A stretch of DNA of 64,000 bases from Candidatus Bathyarchaeota archaeon (GCA_018396775.1 JAGTRF010000002.1:14069-78068), one strand, 5' to 3'; shown: positions 40,320 through 50,256, numbered from the stretch's first letter. Translations and numbers: made by a program. Notes: generated by a model from the sequence alone, not told the origin.

Positions 40320-40928
40320 TCACCTTTTAATTAAATAAACGAAATTTTCCAAAATTTTTAATCCATTATCTCCACTTTTTTCAGGATGAAATTGCGTTGC
40401 ATAAATGTTATTTTTAGCTATAATTGAAGGAAAAACCACTCCATAATTAGTTGTTGATAAAACTATTTTAAAATCTTCTGGTTTAGCGATATAAGAGTGA
40501 ACAAAATACATAAAGGCTTCATCTTTAACACCATTTAGAATATCATCATCTTTAATTATTTTTATAGTGTTCCAACCTATATGTGGAAGTTTTACTGTTT
40601 CCGGTAGCTTAACAATATTTCCTTTTAATAAATTTAATCCTGAAATAACTCCGCCTTCAAAGCTTTTTGTAAATAAGAGCTGAAGACCTAAACATATTCC
40701 TAAAGTAAATTTTCCAGAGTTTACAAAATCTTTAATTACATATTCTAAACCTTTAATTTTTTTTCTTGCTTCTTTAAATGCGCCAACGCCAGGCAACACT
40801 ATAGCATCAGCTTCTTTAACATCTTTAAGCCCACTCGTAATTTTTACTGTTGCTTTACAATTTTCTAAAGCTTTAGAAACACTTCTAAGGTTTCCCACTC
40901 CATAATTTAGAATTATTATTTTAGGCAT
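40320..40928 (-). CDS. hisH: IGP synthase glutamine amidotransferase subunit
   Basis: LPGVGAF, GICLG, QFHPEKSG. Confidence 0.96.
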   Translation of the reverse strand: MPKIIILNYGVGNLRSVSKALENCKATVKITSGLKDVKEADAIVLPGVGAFKEARKKIKGLEYVIKDFVNSGKFTLGICLGLQLLFTKSFEGGVISGLNLLKGNIVKLPETVKLPHIGWNTIKIIKDDDILNGVKDEAFMYFVHSYIAKPEDFKIVLSTTNYGVVFPSIIAKNNIYATQFHPEKSGDNGLKILENFVYLIKR

Positions 40929-40934
40929 AAAGCT

Positions 40935-41513
40935 TTAAAGAGCCTCCTTAACGCTTGGGATCTTCCCTTTTAATTTTTCATCAATTGAAATAGCATTTTT
41001 TAAAGCTAAAGCGAAAGATTTAGCGGTAGCTTCAATTTTATGATGAGCATTAACTCCATAAAAAACTTTAATGTGTAATGTAGATTTTGAAGCTTGAGCT
41101 AAAGAAGAGAAAAAGTGAATTACATCTTCAGCTTTCACATCTTCTATTTCCTCTTGATAAACTTTAAGGTTTATTTTAGCGTATGGTCTCCCGCTTAAAT
41201 CAATTACAGTTCTAGCTAAAGCTTCATCCATAGCTGCATAAGCGTAACCAAATCGTTTAATCCCTTTTTTCTCTCCTAAAGCCTCTAAAATAGCTGAGCC
41301 AATTGCTATTCCTACATCTTCAATTAAATGATGTTTTAAATCTCCTGAAGCTTTAATTGTTAAATCAATCATTGAATATTTAACTATTGTGTCAAGTATA
41401 TGGTTTAAAAACTTTATTCCCGTTTCTACCTCAGTTTTTCCTTCACCATCAAGGTTTAATTTTCCTAAAACTTCAACTTCTTTAGTTTTTCTTTTTATTT
41501 TAGCTTCTCTCAA
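40935..41513 (-). CDS. hisB: Imidazoleglycerol-phosphate dehydratase
   Basis: HHLIEDVG, MDEAL, NAHHKIE. Confidence 0.95.
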   Translation of the reverse strand: MREAKIKRKTKEVEVLGKLNLDGEGKTEVETGIKFLNHILDTIVKYSMIDLTIKASGDLKHHLIEDVGIAIGSAILEALGEKKGIKRFGYAYAAMDEALARTVIDLSGRPYAKINLKVYQEEIEDVKAEDVIHFFSSLAQASKSTLHIKVFYGVNAHHKIEATAKSFALALKNAISIDEKLKGKIPSVKEAL

Positions 41514-41516
41514 TTT

Positions 41517-42602
41517 TTATCCCTCTTTAAAAATCAAACTTAATTCATTAACATCTTTTAAAATTACATCAGCATTAATTGAGGGGTTTTTCGAAACGAT
41601 AATGGATAAAGATTTTATTGAATAATTTGTTTTTAGTCTTTCAATTAAAATAGCCTCTGCTGCTGTGTCTCCTACATAAGCTGAAAGCTTGTTTTCAGCT
41701 TTCAATTCTTTAAGAAGGTTAAAAAAGGGTGTAGGATTTGGTTTTCCCGACTCTTCCAAAAAACTAAATTTATTTATTTCCTCCCAAAAATACGATTTTT
41801 CTAAATTAAAATAATTTTCAAGATTAAACTTTTCTAATACGTAAATTGCTTGTTTTCTAGTTCTTTCACTATAAATTATAAGTTTACCAAATTTTTTGCA
41901 AAGTTTTCTTAATGTTTCAATTGTTATAAGTGGAACTTCATTTTCTATAAAACCTTTATTTAAATTAAATAAGGCTGGTTGATTATAAAATTCTTCATAA
42001 AGATTTTTTCCTAAATAAAATTCTTCAAAAATTTTTTGAGGTAAATCTTCTTTATTTACTTTAGTTTGAATGAAGTTTTTTAATTTAGGTAAAGAATCGG
42101 TTAAATTTGGAAAAATTTTTTGCAAAGCCTCCAACTCACTTACGTTTTTTAATAAGCTTAATAAAGGTTTAAACCCTATTTTTTCACTTTTCTTTATTAA
42201 ACTTAAATAAGTTAAATTTAATCCATGAGAATTAAAAAACTCTTTTAACTTTTCAATCATATTTAAAATTTCCTTTAAATTTTCCCCCTCTTTAATTAGC
42301 TTTAAAAAATCCTTGTTTTTTAAAGCTAAAGCTGAAAAAAAATATAAAATAAAAAACCTTGTTAACTTCCAATCATCATTATACATACCTGTATCTTTAA
42401 ATTTTTGAATTTCTTTTTGCGTAATCAAATTTAAGCATGAACCCTTAAGTTTTAATAATTGAAAAAAGTAAAAGTTTACGGTTTCTTGAATAGCTCTTCT
42501 AAAAGAATTTCTTGATGAAAACACTACTCCATCAAAATCTAAAATTAAAACCTCAACTTTTTTTAATTTATTTAAAGCTTTCTCATCAATTTTTAAATAC
42601 AT
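41517..42602 (-). CDS. HAD-family hydrolase, candidate histidinol-phosphate phosphatase
   Basis: DFDGV, KPNP, YVGD; between hisC and hisB. Confidence 0.7.
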   Translation of the reverse strand: MYLKIDEKALNKLKKVEVLILDFDGVVFSSRNSFRRAIQETVNFYFFQLLKLKGSCLNLITQKEIQKFKDTGMYNDDWKLTRFFILYFFSALALKNKDFLKLIKEGENLKEILNMIEKLKEFFNSHGLNLTYLSLIKKSEKIGFKPLLSLLKNVSELEALQKIFPNLTDSLPKLKNFIQTKVNKEDLPQKIFEEFYLGKNLYEEFYNQPALFNLNKGFIENEVPLITIETLRKLCKKFGKLIIYSERTRKQAIYVLEKFNLENYFNLEKSYFWEEINKFSFLEESGKPNPTPFFNLLKELKAENKLSAYVGDTAAEAILIERLKTNYSIKSLSIIVSKNPSINADVILKDVNELSLIFKEG

Positions 42603-42603
42603 T

Positions 42604-43695
42604 TTAAGAATCTTCCTTTAAAACTTTTTTTAATTCAGAAGTAAATTTAATATTCATTTTCCTAGTTCCAACAGTAACTCTTAAACACTTTTCTAAAAGA
42701 GGATCTTTACTTCTATCTTTTATATAAACTCCTAAGCGTTTAAGTTTACTGCATATAGATTCAATTGATAAATCATTTTTATTAATTTTAAATAGAATAA
42801 AGTTTGCTTTTGAAGGAAAAGGAGTTACTCCATCTATTTTTTTTAATTCATTAAAAAGCCACTCTCTCTCCTTAATAATGCATTTAATCTTTCTCTTAAA
42901 TAAACTCCACTCCTCTAAAGCTATTTTAATAATTTTTTGAGTTATGGAATTCACTGAAAAAGGTCCTGAAACCCTCATTAAATAATTAACCACTTTCTCA
43001 TCAGCTGCTGCAAACCCTGCTCTAATTGAAGCTAAACCAAAAGATTTAGAAAAAGACCTTAAAACAATTAAGTTTTCATATTTTTCAACTAGGTTAATTA
43101 TGGAAAAGTCTCCAAAATCTACGTAGGCTTCATCAACAACAACTAAACCATCAAAGTCTTTCAAAATTTTTTCAACATCTTCTATGCTGAACTGATTTCC
43201 GGTAGGATTGTTGGGCGAGCAAATAATAACCATTGATGTTTTGGAGTCACATTTACTTAGAATGCTATTCACATCTAATTGAAAATTTGGCTTTAATAAA
43301 ACCTCTCTTTTTTCTCCACCATAAAGCTTTACAAAGAAAGAATACATATTGAAAGTAGGCTCGTTAATTATGATATTGCTTCCTTTGGGAATAAAAGTTT
43401 TTGAAATCTTATCTAATAAGTCATCTGAGCCATTAGCTACGAATATTTTTTCCTCTTTTAAATTATAAAATTCAGCTATGGATTCTATAGCTTCTTTTCC
43501 GTAAGGTTTTGGATAAAACCTAAAATCAAGTTTTTTAATTGCTTTTTCAACAATCTTCTTAATTTCTCTATTTGAAGTAAATAAGTTTTCATTTAAATCT
43601 AATTTAACGATAGTTTTTAAGCTTTTTATTTCAAGTAAATCTTTAACGTCATATGGTTTAACTTCTTCTACTTCAGGTCTGATTAAAAGCTTCAT
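42604..43695 (-). CDS. hisC: Histidinol-phosphate aminotransferase
   Basis: NENL, PNNPTG, DEAY, RSFSKSFGLASIR. Confidence 0.95.
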   Translation of the reverse strand: MKLLIRPEVEEVKPYDVKDLLEIKSLKTIVKLDLNENLFTSNREIKKIVEKAIKKLDFRFYPKPYGKEAIESIAEFYNLKEEKIFVANGSDDLLDKISKTFIPKGSNIIINEPTFNMYSFFVKLYGGEKREVLLKPNFQLDVNSILSKCDSKTSMVIICSPNNPTGNQFSIEDVEKILKDFDGLVVVDEAYVDFGDFSIINLVEKYENLIVLRSFSKSFGLASIRAGFAAADEKVVNYLMRVSGPFSVNSITQKIIKIALEEWSLFKRKIKCIIKEREWLFNELKKIDGVTPFPSKANFILFKINKNDLSIESICSKLKRLGVYIKDRSKDPLLEKCLRVTVGTRKMNIKFTSELKKVLKEDS

Positions 43696-44329
43696 TTCTT
43701 TTCACTATCTCATCAACTTTTTCAATAAACTCTTTAATTTTATTAAAGCTTCTATAAGCAATTTTATTGCAAATCAACCTAGCTGTAGACTCTAATATAA
43801 CTTCAATTTCTTTTAATCCATTTTTTCTTAATGTTTCTCCTGTTGTTGAAAGATCCACTATAGCATCTGCTAAACCAAGTTTTGGAGTTAATTCTGCGCT
43901 TCCTCTAACTGTTAAAATTTCAATAGGCTTTTTTAATGAATCAAAGAATTTTCTTGTTAAATTTGGGAATTCTGTAGCTACTCTAGCGTTTAATGGAAGC
44001 TCAACAGCGTTATTTAAATTAGCTTCTATAGGCACAGCTAGTACAAGCTTGCATTTTCCAAATTTTAAATCTGAAACTTCATACACGTCTGCCTCTCTTT
44101 CCAAAATTATGTCATGTCCAGTTATCCCTAAGGTTGCTGCTCCATATTGAACATAAAGAGGAATATCAAAAGCTCTAGCTAATACAACCTCAAACTCTGA
44201 GTCTGAAGTCTTTAAGATATATGTTCTTTCCTGTTCTTTAACTTTTAATCCAGCTTTCTCAAGAATTTTCAGGGCTGGAGCCTTAAGCCTACCTTTGCTA
44301 GGCAAAGCTACTCTAAAACAATTCTCCAT
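43673..44329 (-). CDS. hisG: ATP phosphoribosyltransferase, short form
   Basis: ALPSKGRL, DLSTTGETLRKNGL; 218 aa. Confidence 0.95.
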   Translation of the reverse strand: MENCFRVALPSKGRLKAPALKILEKAGLKVKEQERTYILKTSDSEFEVVLARAFDIPLYVQYGAATLGITGHDIILEREADVYEVSDLKFGKCKLVLAVPIEANLNNAVELPLNARVATEFPNLTRKFFDSLKKPIEILTVRGSAELTPKLGLADAIVDLSTTGETLRKNGLKEIEVILESTARLICNKIAYRSFNKIKEFIEKVDEIVKRNEAFNQT

Positions 44330-45576
44330 TAACTCTCCTCCTTAAGAATAAACTTTAAAGCTTCATTAATGCTTAACTTCTTTTCTTTTCCAGTTTTCAC
44401 ATTTATTACTAAAGCATAATCATTATCCAATTTTATTATAGCATTTGCCTTGCAGCTTTTCGCTATCATTTTTATTTGATCTATTGGTTTTGTAGATTCT
44501 AGAATTGTTGCAACTCCATTTTCTCTTAATTTTGAAGCGAATTCACCCCCAAGCTTTAAAGATGAAACCTCTAAAACAACAGTTTTCCTATAGCTATTTA
44601 ATAATGATTGATTTTTAATTGCTTTAAAGCATTCTGTAACGTCTATTGCAAATCCAGTTGCTGGTAAATCTTCGCCAAATTTTTTTAGCAATTCATCATA
44701 TCTTCCGCCTCCAGCGATTGGAAAACCTAAAGTTGGTAAAGAAGCTTCAAAAATTACCCCGCTATAATACTCTATTTCTTTAGTTAAAGCAAAATCAAAA
44801 AATAACTCTTTTACTCCTAGGTTTTCTGCAGCTTCATTTATTTCGAGAAGATTTACTAAAGCCTTCTTTATAGCTTGATAGCTTTCCGCTTCTTTAAGAA
44901 CATCTTTTAAATCTGAAATTTTAAAGCATTTAAAAAGCTTTTTTAAAATTAAAGCCAGCTTTAAAGGGCATCGTTTATTTTCTAAAAAGCTTTCAAATCT
45001 TGAGTAATCTTTATAGCCCGCTATCGCGAAAAGCTCCTCTTTTTCTTGAGGGTTTAAATTTAATTCATTTACAACTTCTTTTAAAATAGCTGCATGGCTT
45101 ACATCTATTCTAAAATTTGTTAAACCTAAAGAATTTAAAGCTTCAGTTAAAAGTGTTAAAACTTCAGCATCAGCTTCAGAATCTTTTCTTCCGATTAATT
45201 CAACTCCAGCTTGCCAAAATTCCCTAAACCTGCCAGGTCTATCAATAACCCTTCTAAAAACATTCAGTATATAATATAATCTAATTGGTTTAGGCGTTGG
45301 AGATAATTCGCTTGTTAAAACTCTAACAGTTGGAATTGTTGCTTCAGCTCTTAAAGCAATAATTTTTCCATCTAAATCTTGAAATTTAAACATGCTATCG
45401 ATTAACTTTGAGCCTATACCTAGAGAGAGATCTTCTGCAAACGCGATTGTTGAGGGAATTACCTCCGTATATCCCCAAAGCTCAAATGCTTCTCTTAACT
45501 TTTTTTCTATATGCCTGAAAATGTAGGCTTCTTTAGGTGGAAAATCCTTCATTCCAGTTGGTAATCGAGGGTTTAT
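44329..45576 (-). CDS. hisZ: ATP phosphoribosyltransferase regulatory subunit (HisRS paralog); start uncertain
   Basis: REFWQAGVE, YYSG, GGGRYD; precedes short hisG; in-frame PRLPTG lies upstream of the ATG at 45552. Confidence 0.85.
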   Translation of the reverse strand: MNPRLPTGMKDFPPKEAYIFRHIEKKLREAFELWGYTEVIPSTIAFAEDLSLGIGSKLIDSMFKFQDLDGKIIALRAEATIPTVRVLTSELSPTPKPIRLYYILNVFRRVIDRPGRFREFWQAGVELIGRKDSEADAEVLTLLTEALNSLGLTNFRIDVSHAAILKEVVNELNLNPQEKEELFAIAGYKDYSRFESFLENKRCPLKLALILKKLFKCFKISDLKDVLKEAESYQAIKKALVNLLEINEAAENLGVKELFFDFALTKEIEYYSGVIFEASLPTLGFPIAGGGRYDELLKKFGEDLPATGFAIDVTECFKAIKNQSLLNSYRKTVVLEVSSLKLGGEFASKLRENGVATILESTKPIDQIKMIAKSCKANAIIKLDNDYALVINVKTGKEKKLSINEALKFILKEES

Positions 45577-45687
45577 GAACGTTAAGCCTCCTTTCCATTT
45601 TTATCTCCTATCACCTTAAGTTAATATCCCACTTTTTACCCACCAGATTTATATAAACCTTTCGTTACTCTTTAAAGGGGGAAATGA

Positions 45688-46101
45688 ATGGAGTTATCTA
45701 AAATCGTTAGGTTAGATTCTAAAGGTAGAATATTGATTCCTTCAAGCATTAGAGCTGGATTAGGTTTATGTAAAGGTATGTATCTGATGATTTATGCAAA
45801 TTTAAATAATAAAGAAGCGCGATTGATTCCTTTCGCTGATTCTAAAGCTAAGCTTATAAACTTTAAAATGACGCTTTCAGATGCGCCTGGAGCTTTAGCT
45901 AAAGCCGCTTCAACTTTAGCTAATTATGGTGTAGATTTACTTTCAAGCGAATCAAGAACTATTCAAAGAGGGAAAATCGCTGAATGGAATGCTATAGGTG
46001 ATATATCTAAATGCAAGCTTAACCTTAAAGAGTTGAAAAAAGCTTTAGAAAAAGAAGCTTCAGCTAAAAATATTCAATTCAAAAAGTTATCTCTTGATTA
46101 A
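45688..46101 (+). CDS. AbrB/MraZ-type DNA-binding protein with ACT domain
   Basis: LDSKGRILIP then DAPGALAK...GVDL; divergent from the his operon. Confidence 0.8.
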   Translation: MELSKIVRLDSKGRILIPSSIRAGLGLCKGMYLMIYANLNNKEARLIPFADSKAKLINFKMTLSDAPGALAKAASTLANYGVDLLSSESRTIQRGKIAEWNAIGDISKCKLNLKELKKALEKEASAKNIQFKKLSLD

Positions 46102-47152
46102 AATTTATTTTATTAACTGTTAACCAATCCATTAAATCTAAGTCATGAATTAAAAATTTTAGGTATTCACTTACATTTTTATCTCCAGCATAAAAATCGC
46201 TAATATCCCAGTGAATTAAGAAAAGGTTTACCGCTTTTATTAAAGCTGGTAAAGCTTTTATCTCCATTTCATTTAAAGCATTACTTTTCCCTTTCTCAAT
46301 AAAGGTTTTTTGATAAGCTTTAAAAAACTCTAAAGCTTTATTAACATCTATAGCATTTTCTCCTTTTTCACCCCAAACACCGCATGTATAATAAATGGCG
46401 TAAGCAACATCATAGGCTCTAGCATCCCATTTAACCCAATCGAAATCATACATAGCTGTTACTTTATTATCTTTAAACTTTAAGTTTCCAAGATGAAAAT
46501 CTCCAAAAACAACTATTTTAGGCAGGGTAGCGTAACCTATTGCCTTCAACTCTTTATAAATTTTAATGCTTTTCTCTTTTAGCTTATCTTTATTGCTTAA
46601 AAATAGTTTGCAAAAATCTGTTTCATCAGCTTTCTTAGAAAGATTTTCAAATTCTTTTCTTAAATTAAAAATTAATTTATCAAGTGGAAGCGTTTTCTTT
46701 TTTGATTTAGGTTTAAATCCTTTAACATGAATATGGTATTCAGCTAAAGTTTTAGCAGCATCTTTTAACTCTAAAATATTACAATATGGATAATACCATG
46801 TATACTTGTCTTCACCAATTGCAAATTCAAATAACGCGTAAAACACTATCTTTTTATAATTATTTCTTTTCTCAAATTTAGATACATAAGTTTTACCGGT
46901 TTTAGTTTTAAGTAAACGAGGAGTTTTTTGAAATCCTGAATTTATTAAATGGTTTATAAGCTCATGCTCGAAATTTACTTCGTTTCTTCGAGCGTTATCT
47001 CTATAACGCCTTAAAAAATATCTTCCTTTAGAAGTTTCAATAATATAGCTAACGTTAACATAGCCGCTGCTTAACTTTTCAGTTTTAATCACTTCACCTA
47101 AATCATAATTTTCTTTAATAATACTTTTTATATTGGTTAATTCATTTATCAA
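46079..47152 (-). CDS. APH/type II homoserine kinase-like phosphotransferase
   Basis: GYVN, FGDFHLGN, YDFDW. Confidence 0.8.
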   Translation of the reverse strand: MINELTNIKSIIKENYDLGEVIKTEKLSSGYVNVSYIIETSKGRYFLRRYRDNARRNEVNFEHELINHLINSGFQKTPRLLKTKTGKTYVSKFEKRNNYKKIVFYALFEFAIGEDKYTWYYPYCNILELKDAAKTLAEYHIHVKGFKPKSKKKTLPLDKLIFNLRKEFENLSKKADETDFCKLFLSNKDKLKEKSIKIYKELKAIGYATLPKIVVFGDFHLGNLKFKDNKVTAMYDFDWVKWDARAYDVAYAIYYTCGVWGEKGENAIDVNKALEFFKAYQKTFIEKGKSNALNEMEIKALPALIKAVNLFLIHWDISDFYAGDKNVSEYLKFLIHDLDLMDWLTVNKINFNQEITF

Positions 47153-47379
47153 AATAGAAGAGGCCTCTTAACTCGTTTTATTATTATTTAATTTTTAATT
47201 TAAAGCTGAAACAAAAAGTTTTTTGTAGAATAATTAAAGAATTCTAATACACTTCTTCTCTTTATATATAAAATATATAGATATATTACTTCAATATACG
47301 AAAATCTTAAATACTTAATGGGATAATAGCAAGGACTTATTTTGCGAGCTTTAATTAAATTAGGAGGAAAAATTAAAGC

Positions 47380-49008
47380 TTGGCTGAGAAAGGTGTTTTT
47401 ATAAGAAAAGCAAGCGGATTAGTAAGGGAAGTAGCTCCAATAGATGCTTGGATATACAACTGCCTTACAATGGGTTGGCTGTCTGTTATTGCCTATAATG
47501 TTGTAGTAAATGTTGCTATATTTCCTGGTGGAAACCATAGTGCAGCTATACTTATGACTGCTGTGCTTGGAACATTCATGTGGACAACCTATATATTTAT
47601 AACAACTGCTATGCCTAGAAGTGGAGTTGATTGGATTGCTCAAAGCAGGTTTATAAGCCCATGGGTAGCTGCACCAATAGTTATAGGAGACTTTTTCTAT
47701 TTAGTCTATTGGGATGTTTGGGCTTATTGGTTTGTTACATTTTTAGGTTTGCAACCATTTCTTACAGTTTTAGGCGCAGCTGCAAATAATCCTTCAATAA
47801 GCCAATTTGGTGAATGGCTTATAACATCTAAAGGCCTCTTTATAGTTGGAATGATATATCTGTTTCTAATGGGGTGGCAGCTTGCTCTGCCTATAAGGCT
47901 TTTCGCAAAAATTCAAAGAGGGTTAATGTTTTTTGCAACGCTTGCAATAATAGTTATGTATGCTGTTTTCGCGATGACGCCGAACTCGGTTTTTATTCAA
48001 CGCTTCAACTTGTTTGCTGAAGCTTTTGGTGCTGGACCAGATTATTACCATGCGGTTATACAAAAAGCTAGTGAAGTAACTAATTTAAATCCAGGCTTTA
48101 GATGGTATGATCAAATTGGCTTAATGGTTTTAATTTGGAGCCTTTTAGGATGGGCTTTTTGGAGTGCTCAACTTAGTGGAGAAATAAAAGGAGCTGATAA
48201 GCTTAAAGTTCAAAACTTTATAATGAATGGTTCAGGTTGGGCTACAGCTATAGCATGGCTTATAGCTTGGCTTTTAATATCTAGATCAGCCGGTGAAGAA
48301 TTTATGAAAGCTGCTGGATTTCTAGGTTTAAGCGGTGAATGGGAACTGCCTGTGGCACCTTATTTAGCTGGTTATCTTGCAGGTGCTACTATGGCCCCTG
48401 GATTTGGAACTTTAATAATCGTTGTGCTTTTAATACTTGCTTTAGGCTTGGTTTGTAATGGATATCAAGTTTACTATAATACTATGGTTGGCCCCATTAG
48501 AATGTTTTTCGCTATGGCTTTTGATAGAGCTCTTCCTGATGTATTTTCTAGAGTGCATAAAAGATGGCATACACCTGTATATGTTATTTGGTTGGCTTGC
48601 GCTGTAGCTGCTATTCAAATTTACGTTTCAGCTTATGCGCCTGAAGTTGCACCAGTATTCCTTCCAGCTGCGCTTTCAAGCGGATGCATACCATACTTCT
48701 TTACATCTTTAGCTGGAGCCTTAATGCCTTATACTGGAAAACCGATTTATGAAGCTTCTCCAGCAGCTAAATTTAAGCTTGGTCCAATACCGTTAATAAC
48801 AATTACTGGTGGGATTAGCTGCATCTTTAACGCTACAATGGCTTATTACTGGCTTACGGTTCCAGAGCTTGGAATAAACCCAGCTTCTATGGTTTTCGTA
48901 TTAATAGCATATATTGTAGGCTTTGTTTATTATGTTTTCTGGAGAACATATAGAAAAAGGCAGGGTATAAATCTAGATTTAGCATTTAAAGTTATTCCAC
49001 CAGATTAA
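47380..49008 (+). CDS. APC-family permease (paralog of 25303)
   Basis: FIRKASGLVRE, AMPRSG, FAMAFDRALP. Confidence 0.9.
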   Translation: MAEKGVFIRKASGLVREVAPIDAWIYNCLTMGWLSVIAYNVVVNVAIFPGGNHSAAILMTAVLGTFMWTTYIFITTAMPRSGVDWIAQSRFISPWVAAPIVIGDFFYLVYWDVWAYWFVTFLGLQPFLTVLGAAANNPSISQFGEWLITSKGLFIVGMIYLFLMGWQLALPIRLFAKIQRGLMFFATLAIIVMYAVFAMTPNSVFIQRFNLFAEAFGAGPDYYHAVIQKASEVTNLNPGFRWYDQIGLMVLIWSLLGWAFWSAQLSGEIKGADKLKVQNFIMNGSGWATAIAWLIAWLLISRSAGEEFMKAAGFLGLSGEWELPVAPYLAGYLAGATMAPGFGTLIIVVLLILALGLVCNGYQVYYNTMVGPIRMFFAMAFDRALPDVFSRVHKRWHTPVYVIWLACAVAAIQIYVSAYAPEVAPVFLPAALSSGCIPYFFTSLAGALMPYTGKPIYEASPAAKFKLGPIPLITITGGISCIFNATMAYYWLTVPELGINPASMVFVLIAYIVGFVYYVFWRTYRKRQGINLDLAFKVIPPD

Positions 49009-49050
49009 ACCTCTTTTTATTTTTTTATAAATAAGGAGGTGAAGATTATA

Positions 49051-49134
49051 TTGGATCCGGAAGATAAAGGAATGATTATTTTTTCAATCTTAATGTGGAT
49101 AATAATTATAGCTTGGCTTATTGCTGCGTCTTGA
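49051..49134 (+). CDS. 27-aa single-TM small protein (missed by ORF track)
   Basis: GGAGGTGA RBS; TTG start; MDPEDKGMIIFSILMWIIIIAWLIAAS. Confidence 0.6.
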   Translation: MDPEDKGMIIFSILMWIIIIAWLIAAS

Positions 49135-49147
49135 GAAACCCGTTTTT

Positions 49148-50140
49148 TTATCCAGATACAAATTGATAATTTACTACCTTTTTATCAGCTATAGTTATTA
49201 ACGCAGCCCTTAATATTCCTTCCCCATACTCGCTTCCAGGATTAACACATAATGTTCTTCCAATTTTCCTGGTGCCTTTAGATTCATGTATATGGCCATG
49301 TAAACCAAGCAGTGGTTGATATTTTTCTATAGCTTCTTTAACAGCTTCGCTTCCAGCACCATAAAAAACCATTTGGGCTCCCTCAAAAACTGGTTTTGGT
49401 GGATAAACTGTTGTATCAAGTTTTGGAGCTGTATCAAGCTCCGAGTCTTTGGGTGGAATATGAAAATTGAATATAGCATTTTCCATATCCTTAATTTTAG
49501 AAATCATTTCTTCTATTTTTCTTTTAAGCTCCTCTTCGTCGCATTCTCTTGGGGTATTCCAAGGAGTTGGGTTTCCCCAACCTAAGCTTGCCATTTCATG
49601 AACATCATCAATACGCACTACTTTTCCATCAGGATTTTTAACATGCTCAGTATCTTTAATAAGTTCAACAACTTCTTGTTCATCATCATTTCCTCCAGTT
49701 ATATAGCAGATAATATTTGTTCCCTTTAGCCGTTCTTCTGCGATTTCCATCCAGTTTTTCAAGCGTTCCCGCATTAATTCATCAAATATTTTTTTGCGTT
49801 TTTCTTCATTAGCTTCAAGTTCTTCATACTCTTTTTGAGTTACATGCAAGGGGTAAAAACCTGTTGTTAAAATTCTTTTTTCTAAATAGGGTAATTCATC
49901 TTTATTTTTAGCTTTTTGTTCTTGTCCTAAGAAATATGACTTATATATGCCATCAGCCTGCTCAATTATTGGAACAACCATTTTCCCTGTTATATCTCCA
50001 CCTAAAATAAGCGCGTCAACTTCATAGATTTTCCCAGCGTTAATAAATTTTTTAAATGTAGGTTCAGATCCGTGCACATCTGTAGCAAAAAGAATTTTAG
50101 TTATTTTTTCTTCACTTTTCTTTTTACCGAAAAAAGGCAA
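49148..50140 (-). CDS. Icc-like metallophosphoesterase (paralog of 27833)
   Basis: ATDVHGS, GNDD, HGHIHE; start moved to the TTG after GGAGG. Confidence 0.88.
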   Translation of the reverse strand: MPFFGKKKSEEKITKILFATDVHGSEPTFKKFINAGKIYEVDALILGGDITGKMVVPIIEQADGIYKSYFLGQEQKAKNKDELPYLEKRILTTGFYPLHVTQKEYEELEANEEKRKKIFDELMRERLKNWMEIAEERLKGTNIICYITGGNDDEQEVVELIKDTEHVKNPDGKVVRIDDVHEMASLGWGNPTPWNTPRECDEEELKRKIEEMISKIKDMENAIFNFHIPPKDSELDTAPKLDTTVYPPKPVFEGAQMVFYGAGSEAVKEAIEKYQPLLGLHGHIHESKGTRKIGRTLCVNPGSEYGEGILRAALITIADKKVVNYQFVSG

Positions 50141-50256
50141 GCATAAACGCCTCCAAAATTTAAACGTGAATAATTTATACACTATTATAATATTTAAAGC
50201 TTTTTTGTTAAAACCTAAAGGTTTTTAAAGCTTTAAAAGCTTAAAATATTGCTGAA

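Noticed and set aside
40320-40322. Selenocysteine at the hisH TGA that is in frame with hisA
   Set aside because: It falls at the natural HisH C-terminus, is not a Cys-equivalent position, and no SECIS or sel genes are evident.
44329-45552. Histidyl-tRNA synthetase (hisS) call
   Set aside because: Its position directly before short-form hisG and the degenerate synthetase motifs favour HisZ, though an anticodon-like C-terminal domain is retained.
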